In this document: in pieces, positions 24,547 through 35,613 of the stretch | How positions within the stretch are numbered: the first letter of the stretch is position 1 | How the letters are laid out: each line of letters begins with the position of its first letter | DNA from: Takakia lepidozioides | Taxonomy: Eukaryota > Plantae > Bryophyta | Direction of reading: 5' to 3' | DNA: 64,000 nt | Assembly: GCA_030704615.1 (NCBI GenBank) | Contig: CM060734.1 | Location: 17,732,001-17,796,000 of the forward strand | Made by a program: the position numbers and the translations under genes | Notes under the pieces: model-generated | Seen by the model: only the letters and a program-made list of their open reading frames with translations | Database searches by the model: none | What the model was told of the DNA's origin: nothing

Positions 24547-25650
24547 TTGGACTCCATACCAACGGACATGTTTTTGGACTCGGGGACTTGGTCACAAAAC
24601 ATGACCAAAGTGTTCATGCACCACTGCAAAACCGTCATCTTCCACTTCGTAAGAAAAGGGGACATGGTGGTCCTCACTGAAGAAGTCCGCGTCAAGGGAG
24701 CCCATGGGCTGGGAGGCCATCTGTCAATGTTGCTTCAAAACGAACAGTTCACAGTCCGACGTTGCTTATTGCAGGTTGTACTAGAGCGGAGTTTTTTGGC
24801 TGTATAGATGACGTCCTTACACACAGTTGCAGGTGTCGCACCCGCTTGCAGGTCTCCTAACGCGGTTTGGCACATCGTAGAAATGTGTCCCCATGCGAAC
24901 CAAGTGGACGGTCGCAGAGTGCCCAATTGTGGAGTGGATAATGTCAGCCCTAATCAAAGAATGCAACTGTTTTCTCAAAGGTGCTTAGAACGTGATTTTC
25001 GACTGGGCTGGGATGCAAAATGGTCAATCTTAAATCGCCTTAGAAAATCAAGAGAGGAGGCAATGAAATTGATTTGAAGACTCCAAGAGGATGAGACGCA
25101 TGAAGACTTGGCTTGGACATTCTCGGATTTCAATCTAACAGAAGAAAATTGGGAATCTGAAGTGGAGCACAAGATTGGAGCCATTGTTTGGAGTCATCTT
25201 TTCAATGGACGCAATTTGATTGTGAAGGCAATGCAAGAGGGGTTTTACATGGCTATGGAACAAGCACCATGTGCACCCACCATGAAGGATCGAATGAAAG
25301 ACAGTTTGAAAGGCATATCTCCTGATACAATGCGTGTTATATTCAATGGCGCTTGTGCAAATGAAGCAAGTGATTTCTTGAGGAAGTGCAGATTTGATGT
25401 ATCTATATTGCCCTCCAACAGAAATAGTTTCGAGATTGTGTGGATCAAATGACCTATGTTGAGAGGTCTCAATTGGCTATTTTTATCACTGGATTGGAGT
25501 ACTTTGGCGGCAAAGACATCAATATACAACTTCTCAATCGACACGACTATCCATGCATTCAAGCAAGCACTTGCTTTCAAGTTCTATATCTTCCCCCATA
25601 CAAGGATGCCTCAATGATGAACGAAGATTAACTATTCTACCATGGATAGT
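24547..25650 (+). pseudogene. Intronless HECT E3 ubiquitin-ligase-like domain (decayed)
   Basis: DLAWTF..LTEEN; AMQEGF; ISPDTMRVIFNG; MTYVERSQLAIFITG; ASTCFQVLYLPPY with the catalytic Cys at 25572-25574. Stops at 24805 and 25075; frameshift at ~25445. Confidence 0.7.
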
Positions 25651-26136
25651 AGTTATGGTCGTGCATGACATGTGGAGGTGAAGGGCTGTTTGAGTGTGAG
25701 TCATGGCTCAAACAAAGGGGTTGCTTTTGTGGTATCATAGATTATTGAAGTGCTCTTGGAGTGGTACTGTGAGTCTAACATCTGGTTGAATGTTAAGAGT
25801 TACAAATTCGCTGAGTATATGTGAGAGTGTGAATCATGGTAAATGTGAGAATTCGAGTGCACGTTCAAATGCAAGTGAAAGTTTGAGTGCGAGGGTAAAT
25901 GCAAGTTGGAATGTCACTTCGAGTGCGAGTTCAAGTGCAAGTCTTGATAGATAATAGAGGGTTTGAATCTGAAGATTCCATGGAGTCCCGCCAGATCCAA
26001 TCGTGTGTTAGAGAATTAACAAGTCATCAACAAGCGTGTGTGCAACGGGTGCCTTGTGGCGAAAGGATGAGATTTTATGAACGAAGCAAATCAACAAAGT
26101 ATGAGAAGGGGCTGAAGGAAAAAAAGAGATGCAAAT

Positions 26137-26181
26137 GAGGTTAGCTATTTCATGAGCATGAGCGGCATGAGCGGCATGAGC
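26137..26181 (+). repeat. Left TIR
   Basis: gaggttagctatttcatgagcatgagcggcatgagcggcatgagc. Confidence 0.85.
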
Positions 26182-26377
26182 GGAATAGTAAGACAATCGG
26201 TTTTCATGAGCAGAAGTACAGATTTTGGAAATAAAAAACATAAAAAAAACATTATTTTAATGGAATGTGTCCGAACAACACTAATATAATATTCATTGTT
26301 TGAAGCTGAAATTGTAGTTTTGGGAGCCGTGCTCATGATATTTCCTCTTTCGCTCATGGAAATTCCGAGCGACATCT

Positions 26378-26710
26378 GCAAAAATGGCGCCGAATTTCGC
26401 GGTAATAGGTTCCGCAACCGAAGAAAACTACGACGTATTTCGCGGTAATAGGTGCCTCCGGCGAAAAATGGTACCGAATTTCGCGGCTATAGGTCCCAAC
26501 ATGGCAGGTGTGTTAGCCCAAAATTTGGAAATGTGGCGCCGAATTTTGGTAGATGGTGCCGGGGATTGCACAGATGTTGGGCAGTTCTGGGCCATGTAAC
26601 TGGAAATTTGGCGCCATTTTTCCAAACATCGTTCCCATATATGTTGGGACATAGCCAATTTTTGGCCCAAAATAGGGAAATTCGGCGCCATTTTTCCAGA
26701 AATGGCCCCC
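26378..26710. repeat. Subterminal cluster of aaaatggcgccgaattt motifs in both orientations
   Basis: Copies at ~26381, 26465, 26531, 26605 and 26678. Confidence 0.75.
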
Positions 26711-26969
26711 ACAACTGCTACTGTTGGAACTCAGTTTTCTAGAAGATCTGCAAATTTTTCTTGCCGCCATCTTATTATGGATTCTGTTTCGACATTGAAT
26801 TGCCACTGGATGTCAACGGATATCCAGAAGTCCACAGTGTTTAAAAGAGATTACTTTAATATTGCCTGTCTCATCCTGGAGTTTTGGGGTGCATTTCATT
26901 ACACTGCAAAACAAAGTCTAATGCAAAATGCAATTGCAAATATCCATATGGTGGATTCCCTTTGCCCTA

Positions 26970-29900
26970 TCAATGATTTCTAGAATCTCGGCGGAGGAGT
27001 TTGTGCAGCTCGTTCACGCTCAACGCTGGTGCATGAACAAAGTCATCAATAGTCAAGTTCATCCTCAACCTCTTCAGGTAAATGTAATACAGATGCTTGC
27101 ACGGATAATACTTTGTCCCCTTCTTTGCTTCCATCAATGAGAAGTCCGTACAATTGCAGGTTGGCTCTACTTCGATTGTAATTGTGTATACGTCGTCGCA
27201 TACAGCTGAGCCGGCCGTTGCCATCTGATAAACGCGCCCAAGGCCGGGTACGGGTACGTCCACGGAGCTCTGAATAGTGCAAGCCATCCCAAGAGCAATG
27301 GCAATCCGAGTCTCATTCAACTTGTTGGGAGGTGTCGTCTCTTCACTCTCCGAATCGCATTGTGGGATGTGCAGAATTGTCCAATCCGTCTCTACTGGAC
27401 CGAGCAGTCTGCAATGGCTCGGTCTGAGGAATTGGAAATGGGTGGGCCGGGACGTCTGTGTGTCGCACCATTTGAAATCTTGTTGTAGAAAGAACATCCG
27501 CCTCATTCTGAGAGAGGTTGCAACCTGGTGCAACAGGATGCCCGGAGGCTCCGGCATTCCCTGAATCCCGTACTTGGGCTTGCCAAATACACAAGTCATT
27601 ATGTCGTGCCTATAGAATCAAAACCTCTACGTTGTGGCGTGAGAAAATCTGGGAGTCAAAAATCTGCCGCTGAAACAAGGTACAGGTACAGCACCGTGTG
27701 GGTTCCTCCGAATCATCTCACCACAGCGTGCTCTCGTATCCAACCGGATGGCGCAGCACTTCCCTCAAAATGCTGGCAATGTCCTTGCAATTCTCCACTG
27801 TGACTCCGACACTCTTGTCTCCACAATGGGTATGTTGTACTGCGTTACTACAGATGGCTCGTTATGTTCCTCGGGCACGTGCCCTGTGCTCAAAGGAGAT
27901 GGCGATCTTGAACGTGCAAGACTTGCGGTGCTCGATGAGACCTCCTCAGGCAACATTACGGGACCACGAGGGAGCGTGCGAATATTCTTGTCGGCTCGCC
28001 ATGAATCCTCTTCTCCGCTAGATGCCTCGTCAAGTCTTCGTCTCACTGGACGGGTGTGAACATCTCCTTCCAAGTGTTGGCCTCTTCGAAGCAATGGCGT
28101 GTCTCGAAGGCCCTCTCGTAAGGCTGCCGCCCACTTCCGAGGATTCTTCGATCTATAGGCAGTCCGCATCAGCATTTCCTGCCTGTCCGGCCCTAAGCCC
28201 CACTGTTTCCCTTTCAAGAACTCATTGTACCTGCATTGCTGCATAATTGACCTCACAATGTCCTCCGTTGTGGCAGTGAGGATGTCCACCAGATGCACCG
28301 CAGAAGAGGCACGCCAGGAAGAATGTACTGATTCGGCCATGTTTGTTGTCGGCATGTCGGTGTCGGAGTCCAGACACATTTCCTGCACATGCACATACTG
28401 AGGTTACAAGCAAGTTACAAATAATGACTAGCATAATATTCAACGGGACGCAAATTCGTCCAACTCACCTCCCGCATATAGTCGCCAAACTGGAGGAAAC
28501 GATAATGCCACCATGCTAGCCAACTGACCATTGCTCCCTCGTCTGATTTCTTTACAGCACCTGACGTTGTCCACCAAGCCCGTATACATGCAAACTGTGC
28601 CTCTGCATCATCCAAGGTGGGAGCACGCGCAAGACACATGGAACGGTGCTCCTCTCGTGAATCTGGCGCCACGAGCCTGGTTGTGTAATGCGACAAGCTC
28701 TGCAGAAAATGGAACCCACAAGATCTCTCCTTGCCTTCCATCGGATCATTGGGGTCTTCCCCGTACACCCTTTGGATGGCAGCCCAATTTGCTTGTGCGT
28801 TGTCCGCCATGAAACCACAGAAATTGGGCGGGGGCAATCCCGCCGTGGCCATCTGTTTGTTTATTCCCTGCCAAAGAAGCATCTCCGATTGTGTGTCCTC
28901 CTCTTTCATCTCACAAATAGCAATTGTCATTAGCATCCTGCAGTGGGTGTCGTAGACATGTGCACCCATTGTCACCCACTAGTGATTTGTAATTCGCTTG
29001 ATATGGTCAAACATGACCCAACTGTTTGACAAGTCCCCACTCGTCATCCGGTGGACCAGTTCCACGCCGCTACCAGGCCCACACGTGGACATTTTGAATA
29101 CGAAACAACAATCTGCCTCAGTCCCTTGTCCTGGAAACCTACTTCTATGAATGTAGTCATATCCACATCGTCGCTTCACCTCCAGAATGGAGTGCATATC
29201 CGAGCCTCGCCCAATTCTCTGTTTGCAGGAGACAATGTGGTTTTTGACATTCGGTGAACAGATGTGGGACACTGACTCCAGCAATGCCTCCATTTCCTTC
29301 CCATCGAGAGGAACTCTGTCGGAGCCATCTTCCGACATAATTCTGGCCAATGCCATCTTATGGGCGGCCTGCAGCTGTATCTATTTGGGTTAGGCACCAA
29401 GTCTCAACTTAACCTCCTCATGAATGAGCTGCTTTGCCTCGTGGGCAGCCTCCCGCGAGTTCCCCCTCGTCAATTTGTGACAATGCATACCAACGTGTAT
29501 ACAAGCTCGTGTGAGGTCAGGGAAATGGTGCAACACATAGAACTGCTTGGCATTACAAACTGACATGCAATGTGGTGGTTCTTTGCAATGCGCACACTTA
29601 AATGTGGAGTTTGGGACCTTTTCTTGAGCTCGAAATGGTTGTTGAGCTGTGCCTGTCCAATCCATCTCGTTCCTGTGACCTCTGGATTTGAAGTGGAATC
29701 AAGTTGGGGAGAAACACCGCAGCGCGCCCGCACACACAACGTAGCGCACCCACACACCATCGAGCATCTTCATTCTGGTGGTTTTGGTGACTCACCAAGG
29801 ATGACCGTCATGTTTCCTATCCATATTTGTCAACATTCCGAACACCCTCGAATAGTCCGTTTGAGGAGGGAACTCAAAGAAGATATTGCCGTCGACGTCT

Positions 29901-30592
29901 GCAGGAAGGCATGTCACGGATTTAATTGCGAACTTGCTGTAGTCCAACCCAGCCAGCTCCGAGCGGTGTCCCTCCATGTGAAGCCCTCGCAGAATATCAA
30001 GAATGGATCGAGTTGCTGAGCTCGTGCTCGGAATATGACTCCCTCGTCCGCTGATGTCCATTAAGGACTTGCCTGATCTCCAGGATGATCTTGGAACTTC
30101 CATGACCACGTCTGAGTCGGACAGGTTGTGAACAACCCGGTTCTCGCTCATCTTCATTGATGGAGTCGGCTCTGGATTAACTTCGTTGCGGAGTTCTCTC
30201 TTTGAGGTACCCACTCTCTGATTCGCGGATTGTTTCGTGGAAGGCGGCAGGATAGAAGGCGCATTTGGCGGGCAAATGAAGTCCCCAACAGCCCTGTATA
30301 TGACACAGTTCGATGGTGGAACTCGCCATTCCCTGCCGTCGCCGAAATCATCGTGGAGCACAACAATACTTTCGATTACAACTCCATTTGAATCCTTCCT
30401 TTCCTCCTCCAAAAATACCGACCCCGGTTTCAGGTGGTATCGAACGCAAAGATATTTCTCCATCACCCGATAGATCTCCCCTCTGCACGGAAATGTAGCT
30501 CTATGCTTGTGAGGAGGGCAGTACACTATAACACTCGAGTTTTCTGCCATGGGAGATGTGCACACAAGACTGCAAGGACGGCGTTTGGGCAA
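26970..30592 (-). pseudogene. MULE transposase 1 (WRKY/GCM-like Zn finger, DDE domain, SWIM finger)
   Basis: HDGHPW..C..C..HVGMH; WVMFDHIKR, FMADNAQA, CGFH, NMAESVH (DDE triad + CxxH); SWIM CNCTDF..PCKHLY. Intron at ~28383-28467; in-frame stops. Confidence 0.88.
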
Positions 30593-31123
30593 GCGCCCTG
30601 GGAGAAGGGCGAGGGAAAGGAATGCAGGGCCGATCTTTCCGAGCGACGAAGCCTATTCACAAATCCGGGGAGCCCACTCTCCCAAAAATCCACTGTCAGA
30701 GTGTTAATGAACCTTGTCTCCGGAATGCGGCCCCTGGCCTTTGCGCAATAATTGCCAACGGTATGCAGTCAGAAGGCTACAGACTTGTGCAGGTGCGCTG
30801 CGCAAACCAATAATTACGGGGTCTGACAAGAAGCGTGGGGGGGCGAGCGTGCAAGCACCTTCCCCATGGACAGAGGGAATTGACAGAGGTGGCATTCCAG
30901 TGGGTCTGATTGCAAGACTGAGTGCCAGACCCTCGCAGCCAAAAGTCAGCATTCAACAAAATGCAACATTGCACAAAAAGTGGAACTTTGGTTCAAATGA
31001 GACATTTTTATTAATAATGAATTGTGACAAGTATGCATGCCCTCACAAGCCGAGGGAAGCCAAAAGTATGCATGCCATCCATGCTCAGGTAAGTTGGGAA
31101 TTTGCTCCCGTGTTGCACTGTTC

Positions 31124-31675
31124 TCACCAAGAAGCTGGAACCTCGATTGGCCTCTCAACAAGCTCATGACTGACAGGGTGTCGGTAGGTGAAGACAATGG
31201 ATGCAGCCCGCTCTCCTTTGGTGTAGTGGACAACGGTGTCATGTCCTCCGATATATGCACCATCGTAAATCGAGATCTTTGCCGTGGAGACTCTATGTCC
31301 ATAGGACTCATCCTCGTAGCTTATGAGAATGTCCCCATACAAAGTTTGCGATGGAATCCTCTCTGGCATGTATGTACACCCGATACAATCCTCGTAGGCC
31401 CACTGGCAGCATCTCCAATGATACAGGAAGGCCGTGCGGCTTTTGGGGATGTTCCATGCAGGCGGATACTGAAGATCAACGATTTGGAGGCACCAGAGCC
31501 GCGCAAGATAGACCACTCTCAGTAGAGGAGGGTCCACCTGTCCGCTCTTGAGTATCTTCCTGGCTTCCACGATCAGGCTCGCGGGGAGGAATATGAAAAT
31601 ATCCCCTGACTTGGGCGAGAAGTCCCACGGGGTGAGATCCTTGTTTGGGCAGTTGCTGGGATCCCGGCACGCCAT
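31124..31675 (-). CDS. Small accessory ORF of unknown function (weak BAH-like pattern)
   Basis: Open 183-aa frame: GDIFIFLP..VYLARLW..FLYHWR..IPSQTLYGDILI. Confidence 0.3.
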   Translation of the reverse strand: MACRDPSNCPNKDLTPWDFSPKSGDIFIFLPASLIVEARKILKSGQVDPPLLRVVYLARLWCLQIVDLQYPPAWNIPKSRTAFLYHWRCCQWAYEDCIGCTYMPERIPSQTLYGDILISYEDESYGHRVSTAKISIYDGAYIGGHDTVVHYTKGERAASIVFTYRHPVSHELVERPIEVPASW

Positions 31676-31974
31676 CGCTGACTATTGAAAGGGCTGCCAG
31701 GAAGCAGAGAGGGTGCGCAGGGAAGTGGGAGTGCGGGAGGAGAGGAAGTGAGAGGAGCTCGGAGCGAGGAACTGCTGTTGCTGTCTCGGTTTGAAATGCG
31801 TGGGTGACGAGCGAATTTAGACAAGTGGCAAAGAAAAGCGCAGCATCTAATATGCCCGTACCCGGGAATGAGGCGCAGCATTTACTTCGACATGAGGCTC
31901 CATAAAACCGCTCATCCCGCGAAAGACCTACACGGTAGGAGATGGCGCCAACATGCTCATCGAAGCCCATCCCA

Positions 31975-32392
31975 GGATGGAGAAACGGCGCTGAATTTCC
32001 ATCCGAGGGGGCTCGGATGAAGTCGTCTCGGGGGGAGAGGCCTACACGTGGCTGCCAGAGATCATCCCCCGGATGGAAAAATGGCGCCGAATTTCCATCC
32101 GAGGGGGCTCGGATGAAGTCGTCTCGGGGGGAGAGGCCGACACGTGGCTGCCAGAGATCATCCCCCGGATGGAAAAACGGCGCCGAATTTCCATCCGAGG
32201 GGGCTGGGTTGAAGTCGTTTCGGGGGGAGAGGCCGACATGTGGCTGCCAGAGATCATCCCTCGGATGGAAAAACGGCGCCGAATTTCCATCCGAGGGGGC
32301 TTGGATGAAGTCGTCTTGGGGGGAGAGGCCGACATGTGGCAGCCAGAGATCATCCCCCGGATGGAAAAACGGCGCCGAATTTCCATCCGAGG
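31975..32392. repeat. 96-bp tandem repeat, ~4.5 copies, hairpin-rich
   Basis: ggatggaaaaacggcgccgaatttccatcc at 31975, 32071, 32167, 32263 and 32359. Confidence 0.92.
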
Positions 32393-33789
32393 ACGCCCGT
32401 ATGGAGCCGTCATCAACCATTTTCAGTCGTTACATGGTTTTTTTGTATAATCCGACCCTCAACTTAGAGTTTTCTCCCTCTCTATCATGTGCGGTCGTCT
32501 GATTGGCTTTGTTTTCTTTGTTTTAGCATCCTTGTGAATGTCCTTCTTCATGTGCTTTTTTGCCTTTACTTGGTTTTGCTCTCATGGTTGTTCCATGCCA
32601 CTCCCTACTCTGCCTCTCACGACTGCCTCATTTTTGGGACGTGGTGGCGCTCTTGTTGGGGATGACAGAGTGAAGACGAGCTCGACACGGTGAAGGTAAA
32701 GTTGACAGCTCCAACTCCTCGTGCACTCACTCCAAAAGCGGCTACTCATCGAGCGCAGTTGGACAGTCATCGGCAGCAGTCTGTGGACCACGTGCTTCGC
32801 ATATTCAGGGAGCCAAAGCGGGCACGGGAGGGCTCACAGGAAGTTGCTACTTTTGTTGGTGGACGGGAGGCCCTGGAACGGGAGTACGCCCGAATAGGCA
32901 TTCGGGAGGTTGGTGCAGCCGGCATGGCAGGTGCAGGGCGTCGCATGAGGACAACAGATCCACCAATCCAAGAAGCTGATGCACATGCAGGAGGGCTCGC
33001 CCACGCAAAGAGGAAGAAGAACCCCAAGCACATGCAATCCCCGGTGAGACAGCCATCACAGGCTGTCGATGGGGGTCTGAACAGAACACCCACTACGACG
33101 CGTGAGAGTGTTAGTTCCCCGCAATCAAAGGTGGTCGTCCTGGAGGCCTCCCCTGCTGCTACGCCTAGTAAGAAACAGAAGGCCCGTGAGCAACGGCGTG
33201 AGCGCACGCTCACGCAGGAGTGACGTGGCATGAAGGTATGCTCACGCCAGCTGACGTGGCGTGAGCGTGCACCAACGCTGACGTGGCATGAGTGTGATGT
33301 CAGCAGGCTAACATGGCGACAAATGCTAACGTGGCGCTGCGTCGTCATCTGCCACGTCAGCATAAACATACGGCGCCTATATCCGAGGATGGTCCTATGA
33401 TCGTGGAATTAATCCAGGCAATCGTTGGCTGAATACAATAAAGACTACCATCAAACACTCGAAATGGGAAATAAGCCTACAACTGTGGCATCCATTCCAC
33501 AACATTGTGCAATTAGAATTGTAAGTTTCACTATTACAATTACAAGGACGACAAAATAACCTCACAACGTGAGTGCCATAGAGGCTGCCACGGGAAGACC
33601 ATGGGAAACCATCTTGACGTCCAAAGGTGCCATGATGCATGAGTTCTAAGAACTTGCCACACAGAGCACACGCCAAATGCCAAAACAAAACAAAAGTGAT
33701 GATCGACGACCTCTACCAAAACGCCAAACTAGAGCAATTTTGTTTTTTGGAACAATAAAAAAAAAAAAAACAAAAACAAAAACAGAGTA

Positions 33790-34340
33790 GAAGTGATGAT
33801 CGGCATCGATTATCACTTCTGCACTTTTTTTTTTTCCTTCTTTTTTCCCTTTTTTTTTCCCCGTATTTTTCCTAAAACACCACAGGAAAAAAAAAAAAAA
33901 AAAAACAGAGTAGAAGTGATGATCGGTGCCGATCATCACTTATAGTACTTCAAGATTTTGCAGATTTTTATTTCGGCCAGAAATGTGGTTCACATTGTTT
34001 TGCTTTCGTGTTTGAGTCCTGCATCTTTCCCCCCTTGCAAAGTTAGTTGTCCATCAAAACATGATCTTAAGGCTGGAAAGAAGTGATGATCGGCACCGAT
34101 CTTCGCTCAAACTGCTGTGTGCGGATGCAGAGAAATCTTCATTTCGCCCAAAAATGTTAATTGCATCATTTTGTTTTCGTGTTTCAGTCCTACCTAACTG
34201 AAATCTTCAAGAAAATGTGATGATTGGCGGCGATCATCACATTTAGACCTTCTTCAGGGTGGTACTTGTGAGGTAGTAGAATTCCCATCAGCAGTCACTC
34301 TCTGTAGGGAATGTGATGATCGCCGCCGATCATCACATTC
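33790..34340. repeat. Cluster of ~5 palindromes gtgatgatcggYRccgatcatcac
   Basis: Copies at ~33793, 33916, 34083, 34217 and 34313, between the divergent genes. Confidence 0.8.
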
Positions 34341-35613
34341 TCATGTTTTGTGAATTGACATGTTGGGAATTGCATTGGGTTTGCTAGTTTGCAGGTACAC
34401 AAAATATGTGCTCACGGAGGGAAAACACTTGAGCGGTGTCCCTGATTATCTCGACATGCGGTCGGATCTTGACATGTGTCCGGATCTCCACATGTGGTTG
34501 GATCTTCGCTTGGGATCACAAACCAATTCCGTATTCGACAGCCCCCTGCCCAGTTTTTGCTTCCTGTGTATGCAGAAGAAATGGCACTTCGCATGTCCGA
34601 GGCTCCATCACTTGATCCCAGAATGTTTGCACGCAGGAGTAGACATCCCAGATTTGAAGTTATGAATTTTTTGGACTTGGATGCAGAGGATGCGGGGATA
34701 TGTTATGATGAGTCCGAGTCAGATTGACCTTTAAAGTTTCTATGTACTCCTTCTTCATCCTCATAAAAGTATTTGGACTTGTTGCGACTGTTCATTTGTC
34801 CCAAGTACGAACGGAATGACTAATTACAAAACACACATTCACGGGTTGACATGGCCCCACATGATATTGAAAGACAAGAAATCCAACAAAGTTCGAAATT
34901 GCTTTCAGGGAAAAAAACTACATCAATCCATCACAGTGTTCGCACTCATTCCCCTTACATTCATCCATTCTACATTCATCCATCCTGCATTCATGAATCC
35001 TTCACATTGTTTGCACTCATCAATGTTATATTCATCCATCCTACATTCATCCAATCGATCGGCACGATGTTAAAGATGTAGTATGCAATGACTGGAAATG
35101 ATAAATTATTCCGCGGAAATAGGCACCTACCTTCTGTCCGCAGTTATAGGTCCGTGCCTTTGGAAATGACGTGGCGTCAACCACGCTGGAGAGGACTGCT
35201 AACGTGCCGTGACACCCGTCAACCAACATGGTGACAATTGCTGACGTGGGGTGAGCCTGACTGCGCTCACGTGCTCACGCGCTCACGCGGCCAGGCTCAC
35301 GCGGCCAGGCTCACGCGGAGGCATTCCCCGGCCCGTGAGAGGGCAAAAGAGAGGGCAAAAGAACAGGCGAGACAAAAGGCTAGCCATGAGGCAAGAGAAA
35401 AGGCCACTGAAGAGGCTAGGGGTGTGGAAATGACAGATGCCCATGTAAGCGAGGGATGCACAGAAACGGTGGATCCCTCCAAGACAGCAAAAATATGCAG
35501 TAACACACCGGCTGCATCCTTACCGGTTACACCATCGCGGGTGGGAGCAGCCCCCGCAATTACCCATATGGTGGAGACTGGGGGAGGGGATAGAACACCA
35601 CAAAGACCACGAA

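Noticed and set aside
31476-32502. ORFs of 314 and 186 aa with 32-aa repeats
   Set aside because: By-products of a stop-free 96-bp tandem repeat that is open in several frames on both strands.
32690-33369. ORFs of 177 and 200 aa inside the MULE
   Set aside because: Low-complexity, no recognisable motif and open on both strands; cannot be supported as genes.
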